In this document: positions 20,568 to 31,264 of the stretch, piece by piece | How positions within the stretch are numbered: position 1 is the first letter of the stretch | How the letters are laid out: every line of letters begins with the position of its first letter | Assembly (NCBI GenBank): GCA_002382665.1 | Contig: DFZA01000006.1 | Location: 66,950 to 130,949, forward strand | Length of the DNA stretch: 64,000 bases | Reading direction: 5' to 3' | Source: Peptococcaceae bacterium UBA4068 | GTDB taxonomy: Bacteria; Bacillota; Dehalobacteriia; UBA4068 | Made by a program: the position numbers and the translations under genes | The notes under the pieces: model-generated | Databases searched by the model: none | What the model was told of the DNA's origin: nothing | Seen by the model: the letters and a program-made list of their open reading frames with translations, nothing else

Positions 20568-21596
20568 TTAGTAACCCTGATAGTATACAAGTAATCCCTG
20601 CGGCTGTGCCAAGCTCAGATATGCTTCCAATGTCGCAATATCCTTGTCTTTAATTAATGAAAACATATTCGAAATCCAGCCGGTAGGTGGCGTATAGCTA
20701 AAATCGGCCACCTCGGCATTTTTAAAACCGCAGTCTTCAACAAATTGATTATAGGCTTGCTCATAAGTTGCTATACCATCAGCCAGCCCGTTATCAACCG
20801 CTTGCCGGGCGCTATAAATTCTGCCGTCAGCCAACGGTTTCAATGTTTGCATATCCATATCCCTTCCCTTTGATACGATATTCAAAAATTGCTGGTACGT
20901 CTCGTTAATCAATGATTGATAAATAGCTATTTGCTGGTCTGTTAATCCTTCGTACATATTGCCCATGCCTTTATTTTTACCGGAAGTTATGGTATTACTT
21001 TTAATCCCCAAATTATCTAAGAACGCTGATACGTCCAAAAAAGTACCATAGGTAACGCCGATCGATCCGGTAACACAATTCCGGTTCAGCAGTATTTTAT
21101 CGGACGACGCCGCAATATAATAACCGCCGGACGCCATCATCGAAGCTCCGTAACTATATACCGGACGGGCGGTTTTTTCTTTATACTCCTGTAACTCATA
21201 ATATAGTTCATCAGCAGCATACACAGTACCGCCGGGGCTGTCGATATAAAGCATCAATCCTAAATTATTATCATCATCAATCAAATAATCTATTGTATCA
21301 AGTAAATACTGCTGGTTGTAACTGCTGTTGGAGCTTAACAGCGAAGAACTGTCATTACTGGAAGTCATTTCTCCTTCCATATGAAGTATAGCAACATATG
21401 GTTGACTAGGACCGCTGATTGAATAATCATTACCAGCAAATCTTACAGCATTGTTGGTAACATTTCCCCAAACCGCAACACAAATGACAATCAGTACGAT
21501 AATTAAAGCGACCAACCCTACTACCCACGGCCAAAACGGCCTGCTTTTTCGCGGGGCAGGCGGTGTATAACTTTGTTGATAATTATTATATTCCAT
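20568..21596 (-). CDS. sppA: Signal peptide peptidase SppA (S49 family), membrane-anchored
   Basis: N-terminal TM helix, S49 ClpP-like fold with catalytic Ser region (GASMMASGGYYIA), about 340 aa. Confidence 0.75.
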   Translation of the reverse strand: MEYNNYQQSYTPPAPRKSRPFWPWVVGLVALIIVLIVICVAVWGNVTNNAVRFAGNDYSISGPSQPYVAILHMEGEMTSSNDSSSLLSSNSSYNQQYLLDTIDYLIDDDNNLGLMLYIDSPGGTVYAADELYYELQEYKEKTARPVYSYGASMMASGGYYIAASSDKILLNRNCVTGSIGVTYGTFLDVSAFLDNLGIKSNTITSGKNKGMGNMYEGLTDQQIAIYQSLINETYQQFLNIVSKGRDMDMQTLKPLADGRIYSARQAVDNGLADGIATYEQAYNQFVEDCGFKNAEVADFSYTPPTGWISNMFSLIKDKDIATLEAYLSLAQPQGLLVYYQGY

Positions 21597-21668
21597 CTTC
21601 GTACCACCTTTATATTATCATTTTATCCTATTTTCGGACTTTTCTTACCTGAATGTCAAGATATTCTA

Positions 21669-22313
21669 TTATTTGGCAAAAAATTCCTTGCTGATAGTTC
21701 TTAATTGATCAATATTCTCTACCGTATAATCAGCACCGGCCTCTTCAAGTTCGCGCCTGCTGGCGGCCCCCCATAAAACGCCGCAAGCCGCTAACCCGGC
21801 GTTTTTAGCACAAGCCATATCATGTATGCTATCGCCAACAAAAAAAGCGTCGGTAGGCAATGCCGCCAATTGATCCAAGGCAGCCAACGCCGGACCGGCC
21901 TGCGGCTTGGCACCAGCACCACTGTCGGCGGTAATCAGGTAATCAAAATAATCAATTAAACCTCCGTCGGTCAAAGTCTCAATAGTTGACGGCCGCCTTT
22001 TTGCAGTTACAATGGCTGTTTTTATTCCATCATTTTTCAACTCGGCCAAATATTCACGCATACCAACAAACGGTTCGACTTTGATTTGCGATGAGCAGTA
22101 ATGAAAATGATATGTTTCAACAAACTCTTGGTAGCCTTGTTCACCCAGCAGCTCCTTGCCGATTTGCACCAAAGGTATACCGACAAAGGCTCTGATTTGA
22201 TTATCGTCAATCCCGTCTATTGCCAAATCATCTAAAGTCAGCCGCATAATATGAATTATAGACGATAAAGAATCCATAATCGTTCCGTCAAGGTCAAACA
22301 AGATCGCGCTCAT
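21669..22313 (-). CDS. HAD-superfamily hydrolase (phosphoglycolate phosphatase-like)
   Basis: DLDGT motif I and GDSIHD motif IV. Start placed at the internal Met (MSAILFDLDG) to limit overlap with the upstream gene. Confidence 0.7.
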   Translation of the reverse strand: MSAILFDLDGTIMDSLSSIIHIMRLTLDDLAIDGIDDNQIRAFVGIPLVQIGKELLGEQGYQEFVETYHFHYCSSQIKVEPFVGMREYLAELKNDGIKTAIVTAKRRPSTIETLTDGGLIDYFDYLITADSGAGAKPQAGPALAALDQLAALPTDAFFVGDSIHDMACAKNAGLAACGVLWGAASRRELEEAGADYTVENIDQLRTISKEFFAK

Positions 22314-23457
22314 GCTCCACCTCCATAGCCGCCAGCGCCGCAGCATGAACCTGCTTAAAACTTACATTCTTGCACTTAGCAGCAGCCAGGCAATCCTCAT
22401 ATTCGGGAGCAATGGTGTTGCCGCTGACGATAACGCCAATCTCTCCGTAGACAGTCTTAACTACAACCTTTTGCCGCGGGGCAACTATCCGCTGTTCACG
22501 GCTGACCCGCAGACCTAAAGTCGTTGTTTGCTCAAAAATCATCCGCGCAAACCGTCCAGCCTCGCCGGTTGGTACTATTAATTGCAGCTCCCAGGCAGGA
22601 CGACCTTTTTTCATTAATAACGGCGAATAACTAAGATCCAGCGCTCCCAAGGCAAAAGCTTTTTCCCAAAGCTGTCCCAACAACTCGCCGGAGGCATCAT
22701 CAATATTAGTACGCAACACATCAACACTGTCAGTCTCACTAGCAAAAATCTCGCCAATCATCAACCGTAAGATATTGGCTACCGCCAAATCTTTGGCGCC
22801 GGCGCCTGAGCCAACCGCCAGCAAACGGAAATTAGGGATTTGCTGCTCGGTAGCGGCAGCTTTTAGCAATGCTGCTCCGGTCGGCGTAATTAATTCGCCT
22901 TTCAGTTGTGATGGGACAAGTATCATTCCCATCAATAACTGCATCACTGCCGGAGCCGGCACGGCAATACGGCCATGCTGACATTCAACGCTTCCCTCAC
23001 TCAAAGGCAGCGAAGAACAATAAACTTTTTCTATACCTAAATAATCCAAAGCCAACGCGACGCCGCAGATATCCAGTATTGAATCAATCGCTCCTACCTC
23101 ATGGAAATGCACTTGATCGACAGGACAACCATGAGCCTTCGCTTCCACCTCAGCCAGTAATTCAAAAGCCGATGACGCTAATTTCGTAACCTTGGGCGGG
23201 AAACCGGCGCTCGTAATTAATGCTAGTATATCCACAAGATTACGATGATGATGCTGACGTTCGAATGAAAATGTCAAATGCTGAGCCGCTAACCCCTGCC
23301 GGGATACGGTATGCTGTTCAATCTGCCAACCTTCAAGATCAAGTTTTTTTAGTTGCTCACAGATCCGGTCAAGCGGTGCTCCCGCGTCAACTAATGCCGC
23401 CAACAGCATATCGCCGCTGATGCCGGTCGGACAATCCAAATAAACAATTTTTTTCAC
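22294..23457 (-). CDS. LarC-family (DUF111) nickel-insertion protein homologue
   Basis: N-terminal YLDCPTGISGDM motif characteristic of DUF111/LarC, 387 aa. Confidence 0.7.
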   Translation of the reverse strand: MKKIVYLDCPTGISGDMLLAALVDAGAPLDRICEQLKKLDLEGWQIEQHTVSRQGLAAQHLTFSFERQHHHRNLVDILALITSAGFPPKVTKLASSAFELLAEVEAKAHGCPVDQVHFHEVGAIDSILDICGVALALDYLGIEKVYCSSLPLSEGSVECQHGRIAVPAPAVMQLLMGMILVPSQLKGELITPTGAALLKAAATEQQIPNFRLLAVGSGAGAKDLAVANILRLMIGEIFASETDSVDVLRTNIDDASGELLGQLWEKAFALGALDLSYSPLLMKKGRPAWELQLIVPTGEAGRFARMIFEQTTTLGLRVSREQRIVAPRQKVVVKTVYGEIGVIVSGNTIAPEYEDCLAAAKCKNVSFKQVHAAALAAMEVEHERDLV

Positions 23458-23576
23458 TGATCAGATACTCCTTAATAATATATCCCTTCTATATGTAAAA
23501 AAAGAGCCGCCTAGCGGCTCTTAAAATATTTGATTTACTAATCAATAATTTTACGATCCCCTCAAAAATTAAGCAG

Positions 23577-24578
23577 TTACTCAACAAAGTTTACAGGCGT
23601 ATTGATTTTGAGCGGCTGGCTGATATCATAACCGCCCGGCAGCGTTTCAATTTTCTCTCCTTCAACCAAAATCTGTACTGAATCTACCGTATCAATAGAA
23701 GTACCAGTATAATAAATACAATTTACCAGCATTACTTCATTGGCTGAGCCGCTGTTATAGTTAAGTAAATCATCTGAGAAATTTAGTATTGCCACACCGT
23801 CATTTACAGTTACTCCTAACAGCTTGGTTGACGCAGGCAGCGGAGAATGGAGGATACCGCTCGACGATTGATCGGCAATTAACGCTTCGATAGCTTTCTT
23901 AACCAATATAACCGGAGTATTTTCTTTTTCGGTCAATTCGCTGTTGGCAACCATGATAGTCTGCGGTACCAGATACATTGCTTGACTATCGCTCAAATAA
24001 TATACTAACGGCATGCTATTCTCCTGGTTACCGGAAGTTACAACATTAACCAATGGTAATCCCAAGGGCTGTGATATATCAACATCGCCGATATTATCAC
24101 AAATAGAACCGTTAACCAGTATATGCAGTGTATAGCCATCAGTCAGAGGCAATACCGTTAAGAGTATAGAGTCAATAGCCAGTTGCGCCCGGTCCGCCGG
24201 TATATCTGTAATTTCATCAGTCAGATCAACATAAACAACTGAACCGCTGCTGTATAAATCAAGCAATTTAGTGCCTTCGGGAATCGAATCGGCAGCAAAA
24301 CTATCGGGCGATCCGGTTATCAGCTTTTCCATGGCTACTTTAGCGACTTCCTTGGTAGCATTGATCGGCAGATTTAGCGGCAGCAAAAATTTGCCATCCA
24401 ATGTAGTATAATATACGGTTGCTGTTGTTGCCTCTTTTTCTTCGGTCAGCGGAACCCTTTGGTCAGAAACCTGCTCACTGTTCTGCTCATCAGCACAAGC
24501 CATGGGGATTAAAGCAATCACCAACAATAATATTAAAAGGTAAATAACCGGTAAATTCTTCTTGTAAACCTTCTTCAT
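23577..24578 (-). CDS. GerM-like lipoprotein with two GerMN domains
   Basis: Signal peptide plus Cys, two repeated about 130-aa GerMN-like modules. Confidence 0.55.
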   Translation of the reverse strand: MKKVYKKNLPVIYLLILLLVIALIPMACADEQNSEQVSDQRVPLTEEKEATTATVYYTTLDGKFLLPLNLPINATKEVAKVAMEKLITGSPDSFAADSIPEGTKLLDLYSSGSVVYVDLTDEITDIPADRAQLAIDSILLTVLPLTDGYTLHILVNGSICDNIGDVDISQPLGLPLVNVVTSGNQENSMPLVYYLSDSQAMYLVPQTIMVANSELTEKENTPVILVKKAIEALIADQSSSGILHSPLPASTKLLGVTVNDGVAILNFSDDLLNYNSGSANEVMLVNCIYYTGTSIDTVDSVQILVEGEKIETLPGGYDISQPLKINTPVNFVE

Positions 24579-24804
24579 TTAAAATCCTTACTGCTTCCAA
24601 ACCAATGGAGCAAAATACACGTTTGTTTTTACAATTCTTAATATAGTAAGAAAAATCCTTCTTTTTTTAGTATATACTAATTTTTTGATATATTTGTCAA
24701 TATAAAAGGAAAAAAAATATCTGAAATAGAATGTTAATCGTTGGGTTAAAATAAATTTTTATGATATAATATTTAAGCTATAATTTTTGAAAAGAGATGC
24801 TTGA

Positions 24805-26229
24805 ATGAGCAATATAAACGAATCTTATGACCAGCCACAAATAGAAGCGATCATACGTGACAAATATCCGTTATTGGAACAAAGTTTATTAGAATTGTTA
24901 GCAATCCCTTCCGTCCAAGGAACTGCGACTGATGGCGCCCCTTTCGGAGCAGATGTTAAAGAAGCTATTGATTATTGCTTAAATCTGGCAGATAAGTTTG
25001 GCTTTACTACTACTGACGGCGAAGGCTATATCGGATTTGCCGATTGGCCAGGTAACAATGACGGTCAGATTGGTATTTTAAGCCATCTAGACGTAGTCCC
25101 CGCCGAAGATAAAGATTGGCAGTATCGGCCTTTTACTCCGCAAATAGTTGATGGACGCATTTATGGCCGCGGCGCAATTGATGACAAGGGGCCACTGTTG
25201 GCTTGTCTATTTGCCTGCGCCGTGCTAAAAGAAGCGGGTTTTAGACCAAGCAAAACCATCCGCCAAATATTCGGCGGTAACGAAGAAAGCGGCTTTGGCG
25301 ATATCGAATACTTTAAAAAACATTTCCAGGAGCCGGATTGCGGCTTTTCACCGGACGCTAGTTTTCCGGTAATTATCGGTGAAAAGGGTATTATCCACTG
25401 GGAACTGTCGCAAAAGTGGCAAATGCAAGATCAGGGAGATTTGCTATTAGTATCAATAGAAGCCGGTACGGCTGCAAATATTGTTCCAGCTTCTGCCCAG
25501 GCAGTATTTAAAGCTACCCTGGATGGTAAAAAACAAATAAAAGATCTACTGCGGCAATATCCGGAAAAAGCCCGTATTCGTATCAGTGAACGCGATCAAC
25601 AGCTGATAATTGACGTCAAAGGCCGCGCTACCCATGCTTCCACTCCTGAAGAAGGACTCAATGCTTTAAGTATTATTTTGCGGCTATTATCATTTATTAA
25701 TTTCGCACCGCAAGGGGCTAAAACCTATATTAATATAATTACCCAATTGATCGGCAATGACGATTACGGCTGTGGTATGTGGATGGGAGCGGCCGATGAA
25801 CTGAGCTTTCTGACTGCCGTACCGGTTCTGTTAAAAGTTAACCAAACATCAGGTACCGTTGCTATTGACTTAAGATTCCCAGTCACTCATACTCTTGATT
25901 ATTATCAAAAGCTGACCCACGCAGTAGCACAAAAGTTTGATCTTACCATCAGCACGTTCGAAGGCAAAGAACCGTTGCTGGTAAAAGCGGATTCCACTCC
26001 AACCAGGGAACTTCTTGACGTCTATCACGCTCATACTGGTAAAGAAAAAACTCCTTTAGTAATCGGCGGCGGCACTTACGCGCGCGCGTTTAAGAATTTT
26101 GTGGCCTTTGGTCCATATCTACCTAACGAAAAAGGCATGGCACATATGGCTGATGAATATATTACCCAGGAAAAATTACTTGATCTGACGAGAATTTATG
26201 CCAGAGCAATTTATGCTTTGGCAAAGTAG
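24805..26229 (+). CDS. M20-family dipeptidase (PepV/Sapep-like)
   Basis: HLDVVP, GAIDDKGP and EESG metal-ligand motifs of M20 peptidases, 474 aa. Confidence 0.75.
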   Translation: MSNINESYDQPQIEAIIRDKYPLLEQSLLELLAIPSVQGTATDGAPFGADVKEAIDYCLNLADKFGFTTTDGEGYIGFADWPGNNDGQIGILSHLDVVPAEDKDWQYRPFTPQIVDGRIYGRGAIDDKGPLLACLFACAVLKEAGFRPSKTIRQIFGGNEESGFGDIEYFKKHFQEPDCGFSPDASFPVIIGEKGIIHWELSQKWQMQDQGDLLLVSIEAGTAANIVPASAQAVFKATLDGKKQIKDLLRQYPEKARIRISERDQQLIIDVKGRATHASTPEEGLNALSIILRLLSFINFAPQGAKTYINIITQLIGNDDYGCGMWMGAADELSFLTAVPVLLKVNQTSGTVAIDLRFPVTHTLDYYQKLTHAVAQKFDLTISTFEGKEPLLVKADSTPTRELLDVYHAHTGKEKTPLVIGGGTYARAFKNFVAFGPYLPNEKGMAHMADEYITQEKLLDLTRIYARAIYALAK

Positions 26230-26237
26230 AAGGAGTT

Positions 26238-27071
26238 TTGGTAATGATACAGACTGCTATTTATGTTGGCATTGGTGTAGTAATACTCTTACTATTGCTG
26301 CTGTTTTACAAAAAATTCAGTAAAGCGGAGGTAGCAACCATCGGTACTGGGGTGGTAGCTGTCTTGGATCAATCACCACCGGATATTGATGCAGATAACG
26401 ATATTTCCCTGCCTCCCAGCGAAGAAACATCCAAGATTGCCAACGAACCGCAAACACATACGCAAACAACAACCGATGTTCAACCGGAAACAATAGATGA
26501 TCAACCACAGTCGGAAGTAACCACAGATCAGCAACAAGAAACAGACGAACCGCAAATTCCACTACCTATTCTTGACGCCATTGACGCTGATGCGGACATA
26601 CAAGCAAATATCGAAAATCTAACAAAAACAACCGTGTTTGAATTTAAAAATAACGATGCTACCCTACTTAAACCGATTAGAGCATTAGATCAACCCGAAA
26701 CAACGGAAAGTACAATTCCCGATATTAACAGTAACCTGCCCCGTAACGAAGAAGAACTGGCAATGATTATTGCCAGCAAGGACGAAACACTACTTAATCT
26801 CTACTGTCGCGCCCAGACTATCAAGGAACGTAACGATATTGTCCGTTTTGCCCGCCAAGCACAATTAGCAGACAAAATATGCGCCATGACAGCCGATGAT
26901 CAGGAAGCAGCAAATGCTGTGGATAGCAATATGGTTTTAGCAATCTTAAAAAAAGCCCGCAGCATTGAGCAAGAATTACTTAAATACGATACAACAGAAC
27001 AAAAAAATGATCGGGACAGTTTAAGTTTACCATCAATACCATTCGAAAAAGAAAAATTAAATAATCAATAA
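26238..27071 (+). CDS. Hypothetical protein with N-terminal TM helix and acidic T/Q/E-rich region
   Basis: ORF with coding-like composition but no recognisable motif. Confidence 0.4.
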   Translation: MVMIQTAIYVGIGVVILLLLLLFYKKFSKAEVATIGTGVVAVLDQSPPDIDADNDISLPPSEETSKIANEPQTHTQTTTDVQPETIDDQPQSEVTTDQQQETDEPQIPLPILDAIDADADIQANIENLTKTTVFEFKNNDATLLKPIRALDQPETTESTIPDINSNLPRNEEELAMIIASKDETLLNLYCRAQTIKERNDIVRFARQAQLADKICAMTADDQEAANAVDSNMVLAILKKARSIEQELLKYDTTEQKNDRDSLSLPSIPFEKEKLNNQ

Positions 27072-27092
27072 TCTTAGGGAGATGATAATGTT

Positions 27093-27494
27093 ATGCAAGT
27101 TGTCTTTTTCCTTTTACCAAAAGGAGAAACAATTTATCTGTCCTTGAATCAAACACTGCGACAGGGATTGGAAAAAATGCAGCATCATCGTTATTCCGCC
27201 GTACCGCTACTGGATGATGACGGACATTACATCGGCTCATTTACTGTCGCAGACTTTCTTTGGTATATAAAAGACGCTTTAAATATGGACATTGATAAAG
27301 CCTCCAAGATTTTATTAAAAGAAATTCCCCGTCAACATGATAACCCGCCTGTTTCCGTTAACGCTGATGTCGATGATTTGCTGCAAATGGCTTTGGATGA
27401 AAACTTTATACCCGTAGTTGACGACCTAGGCATTTTTATCGGCATTGTCACACGCAGAGAAATAATGGAATACTATCGCAACCGTCAAAGTTAA
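27093..27494 (+). CDS. CBS-domain pair protein
   Basis: Two CBS-like segments (HHRYSAVPLLDDDGHYIG, ENFIPVVDDLGIFIGIVTRREI). Confidence 0.6.
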   Translation: MQVVFFLLPKGETIYLSLNQTLRQGLEKMQHHRYSAVPLLDDDGHYIGSFTVADFLWYIKDALNMDIDKASKILLKEIPRQHDNPPVSVNADVDDLLQMALDENFIPVVDDLGIFIGIVTRREIMEYYRNRQS

Positions 27495-27516
27495 CTAAAT
27501 TATGCCGGAGGACAAT

Positions 27517-29331
27517 ATGAGCGAAAGCAAAAAAATTCCCGAAAGAGCACAAATTGATGAGCAATATAAATGGCGGATTGAAGAAATTTACGCCAATAAT
27601 GATGACTGGCAAAAAGATCTGCAATTATTAAAATCGTTAATCCCCGAGGTTGAAAAGTTTACCGGACGACTCGGGGATGGCAAAGAAATATTTATAAAAT
27701 GCATGGAATTGCAGGATGAAATCAGCCAGCTATTAGACAGAGTATATCTCTACGCCGCTATGCGTCAGGACGAAGACAATACTTTGCCGATTTACCAAGC
27801 AATGCGAGACAATGCTGAAAGGATCGCCATTGAGCTTTCGGCTGTCTGGTCGTTTTTTTCACCGGAAATATTAGCGTTGCCACCAGAGACAATAGAGCAA
27901 TATCTGGCCGATCCGCAAATAGAGCTATATAAGAAAATGATCACCGACATTACCCGCAAACGCCCTTATACACTGCCGCCGTCCGAAGAAAAGCTGCTGG
28001 CCGCCAGCGGCGATATGGCCGCTTCGTTTGATAACATTTTTACCATGCTCAATAACGCCGACATGGTTTTCCCCGACATCACCAACTCCAACGGCGAACA
28101 AGAACAACTGACGCATGGTAATTATATCAGTTTTCTGCAATGCCATGACCGCAGTGTCCGTAAAGGCGCTTTTGACGCGTTATATGCTACCTATGCCAAA
28201 AGCACCAACACGATTGCCGCGGTATACTCATCATCAGTCAAAAAAGATATTTATTATGCCCGCACCCGCGGTTACGAAAACCCGCTGGCCGCGTCATTAT
28301 TTGACGACAATATCCCAACTACCGTTTATGATAATCTGATCGAATCGGTACGCAACCATTTACCGCTGTTTTACAAATACCTTGACTTGCGCCGACGCCT
28401 CTTAAACCTAGACGAGCTGCATATGTACGATCTTTATGTACCAGTTATCAACGCAAAAGATAAAAGCTTCAAATATGATGAGGCTAAAAGGCTGGTAATT
28501 GCCGCTTGCGAACCGTTAGGACAGGAATATACCTCAACTCTGTCGATGGGATTGAACAGCGGCTGGGTCGACGTTTACGAAAACAAAGGTAAAACATCCG
28601 GTGCATATTCAAGCGGTGTTTATGGGACATCCCCATATATGCTGCTGAATTATCAGGATAACTTAAACGGCGTATTTACACTGGGCCACGAAGCGGGACA
28701 CTCGATGCACAGCTATTATAGCTGGCAAACGCAACCGTATGTCTACTCTTCCTATCGCATTTTTGTCGCGGAAGTTGCCAGCACCGTCAATGAAAACCTA
28801 CTAATTGATTATATGCTTCATAATTCTGATAACAAAGAAGAAGCAGCAATCATTGTTAATCATTATCTGGAAGAATTCCGCGGCACCGTCTTCCGCCAAA
28901 CCATGTTCGCCGAATTTGAAAAAATCGTTCATGAAGCAGTGCAAAACGGCGAAGCGCTGACCGCCTCACATTTGAATGAAATATACTACCAACTTAACAA
29001 AGATTATTTCGGCGAGGGTGTGGTCATTGATAAAGCAATCGCCGGTGAATGGGCGCGTATTCCTCATTTCTACCGTCCTTTCTATGTCTATAAATACGCC
29101 ACCGGTTTTTGCGCAGCCTCTGTGCTGGCATTATCGGTTTTGGATAATGCCGAGGCACGGGCCGAAGCTGCTCAAAAACGTTATATCGAATTTCTCTCCA
29201 GCGGCAGTAGCGCCGATCCTCTCGATTTACTCAAAAAAGCCGGTGTCGATATGAGCACCTCTTATCCTATCAGCACAGCGATGAGTATCTTTGAAAATAT
29301 GGTTAAACGTCTGGAATACCTAACAGATTAG
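27517..29331 (+). CDS. pepF: Oligoendopeptidase F (M3B family)
   Basis: HEAGH zinc-binding motif and M3B architecture, about 600 aa. Start at the ATG after a GGAGG SD. Confidence 0.85.
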   Translation: MSESKKIPERAQIDEQYKWRIEEIYANNDDWQKDLQLLKSLIPEVEKFTGRLGDGKEIFIKCMELQDEISQLLDRVYLYAAMRQDEDNTLPIYQAMRDNAERIAIELSAVWSFFSPEILALPPETIEQYLADPQIELYKKMITDITRKRPYTLPPSEEKLLAASGDMAASFDNIFTMLNNADMVFPDITNSNGEQEQLTHGNYISFLQCHDRSVRKGAFDALYATYAKSTNTIAAVYSSSVKKDIYYARTRGYENPLAASLFDDNIPTTVYDNLIESVRNHLPLFYKYLDLRRRLLNLDELHMYDLYVPVINAKDKSFKYDEAKRLVIAACEPLGQEYTSTLSMGLNSGWVDVYENKGKTSGAYSSGVYGTSPYMLLNYQDNLNGVFTLGHEAGHSMHSYYSWQTQPYVYSSYRIFVAEVASTVNENLLIDYMLHNSDNKEEAAIIVNHYLEEFRGTVFRQTMFAEFEKIVHEAVQNGEALTASHLNEIYYQLNKDYFGEGVVIDKAIAGEWARIPHFYRPFYVYKYATGFCAASVLALSVLDNAEARAEAAQKRYIEFLSSGSSADPLDLLKKAGVDMSTSYPISTAMSIFENMVKRLEYLTD

Positions 29332-29355
29332 ATTATAAAAGGAGTTGTCTTTAAA

Positions 29356-30192
29356 GTGAGTGGAAAATCAGCCTGCGTTGCCCGTTTACAAAGCAAAAAA
29401 GAAACAGGAGAAAAAATTGTTGTTGTAACAGCCTACGATTATCCTTTTGCCAAATTAGCCGATGACTGCGGCGTAGATATGGTTTTGGTCGGGGATTCCC
29501 TGGGTAACGTGGTACTCGGTTACGACCGAACAATACCCGTAACAATGGACGATATGCTCCATCATACCCGTCCGGTAGCCAGAGCGGCCTCTCATGCTAT
29601 GGTTGTTACAGATATGCCCTTTGGTTCGTGTCATATCTCATTCGAACAATCCATAACCAACGCTATCGCCATCATCAAAGACGGCGGCGCCGATGCGGTT
29701 AAAATCGAGGGTGGTTCCGAAATGGCGCCGTTAGTTGCCGAAATGACCAAATTCGGCATACCCGTAGTTGCGCATATCGGGTTGCTGCCGCAAACAGCTT
29801 CTCTCTGGGAAGGCTATAATACTTTGGGTAAAGACGAGGCTTCCGCCCGTCAATTGGTCGAAGCTGCGCAAGATCTTGAAGAAGCGGGCGCTGTTGCTAT
29901 CGTATTGGAATGCATTACAGCTGATGTGGCTAAACTGATTACGGAAAAAATCTCAATTCCTACAATCGGTATCGGCGCTGGAGTAGGCTGTGACGGCCAA
30001 GTATTGGTAATCTATGATTTGCTGGGCTTGACTACCGGCAAGGTGCCCAAATTTGTCCGTCAATACGCTAACTTGAACCAAATCATCAGCGACGCTATCG
30101 CTCAATACTCCGCCGACGTCAGAGACTGTGTGTTCCCAGCCGAAGAAAACTCGGTTGCTATGGACGAAGAAGAAGCAAAGAAGTTATACTAA
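29356..30192 (+). CDS. panB: 3-methyl-2-oxobutanoate hydroxymethyltransferase
   Basis: KIVVVTAYDYPFAKLADDCGVDMVLVGDSLG and downstream motifs are canonical PanB. A GTG start is inferred. Confidence 0.85.
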   Translation: MSGKSACVARLQSKKETGEKIVVVTAYDYPFAKLADDCGVDMVLVGDSLGNVVLGYDRTIPVTMDDMLHHTRPVARAASHAMVVTDMPFGSCHISFEQSITNAIAIIKDGGADAVKIEGGSEMAPLVAEMTKFGIPVVAHIGLLPQTASLWEGYNTLGKDEASARQLVEAAQDLEEAGAVAIVLECITADVAKLITEKISIPTIGIGAGVGCDGQVLVIYDLLGLTTGKVPKFVRQYANLNQIISDAIAQYSADVRDCVFPAEENSVAMDEEEAKKLY

Positions 30193-30206
30193 ATTTGAGG
30201 TAAACT

Positions 30207-31136
30207 ATGAAAATATTGATTGTTGGTGCCGGCGCCATGGGTTGCTTTTTCGCATCTATGATCAAAAGGGCAAACGGTGAAGTCACCATATATGATATTA
30301 ATCAGGATAAAGTCGACATTATCAATAACTCCGGTATTACTATCCATGAAAAAAACGGCGAAACCGTAGTCGTTCACGTCTCCGCTTTCGCCAACGTCGA
30401 GGAAGTGCCAGAAGTTGATTTGATAATATTGCTGGTCAAATCTTATAAAACAGAAAGAGCCGCCCGCGATTTGGCGCTTGTCGATAACGGCTTATTCAAA
30501 GTACTTACTTTACAAAACGGTCTTGGCAACACTGATGAATTGGTTAAACATTTTGATGAGAAACGAATTTATTCCGGTATCACATATCAGGGAGCTTATC
30601 AAATAGCTTATGCCGAAATTAATCATACCGGCAATGGCTTAACCACTATCGCGCCGTTGGCTGACAATATGCTACAAACAGCTATGGATCAGGCGCGTTT
30701 TCTCAGCAATTGTAACATACCCACCGGGGCTACCACCGATTTGGATTCGATAAGCTGGAAAAAGTTGATCGTCAACAGCGCTATCAATCCGTTATCTGCT
30801 ATTCACGGTTTAAAAAATGGAGAACTACCTAAAAATTCTGAGGCAGTACGCGATATGGTCGCCCTGGTAGTGGAGGGCGTCACGGTTGCCCAAAAAATTG
30901 GTATCCCCTTAAGTTACGGAGAGACTTGGGCCGAGGTTTTAGACACTTGTAGAGATACTGCAGAAAACCGTTCTTCAATGCTGACGGATATAGATAACGG
31001 CCGTTCTACCGAAATCGAGGCCATCAACGGCAGTATTGTCCGCTTTGGCGAAGCCAATGGTATAGATACTCCCACTAATGTGCGAATGATCCGCAAAGTA
31101 ACTGCATTACATCGTAATTTTATCATTAACGTTTAA
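30207..31136 (+). CDS. panE: 2-dehydropantoate 2-reductase (ApbA/PanE family)
   Basis: N-terminal Rossmann fold KILIVGAGAMG, ApbA C-terminal domain, immediately follows panB. Confidence 0.7.
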   Translation: MKILIVGAGAMGCFFASMIKRANGEVTIYDINQDKVDIINNSGITIHEKNGETVVVHVSAFANVEEVPEVDLIILLVKSYKTERAARDLALVDNGLFKVLTLQNGLGNTDELVKHFDEKRIYSGITYQGAYQIAYAEINHTGNGLTTIAPLADNMLQTAMDQARFLSNCNIPTGATTDLDSISWKKLIVNSAINPLSAIHGLKNGELPKNSEAVRDMVALVVEGVTVAQKIGIPLSYGETWAEVLDTCRDTAENRSSMLTDIDNGRSTEIEAINGSIVRFGEANGIDTPTNVRMIRKVTALHRNFIINV

Positions 31137-31240
31137 AAATAATACTTATTAGAAAAAAACATGCGCTAAATACACTATTTTTACTCATATTGCAAAACAA
31201 AAACACCTGATGCATTCATATGTAGCAGGTGTTTTATTTT

Positions 31241-31264
31241 GTTGCGAGGGCAGGATTTGAACCT
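31241..31264 (-). other. Fragment copy (23 nt) of the 3' end of tRNA-fMet (acceptor/T-arm), lacking the rest of the tRNA
   Basis: gttgcgagggcaggatttgaacct matches ttgcgggggcaggatttgaacct at 32169-32191 with one or two mismatches. Confidence 0.7.
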
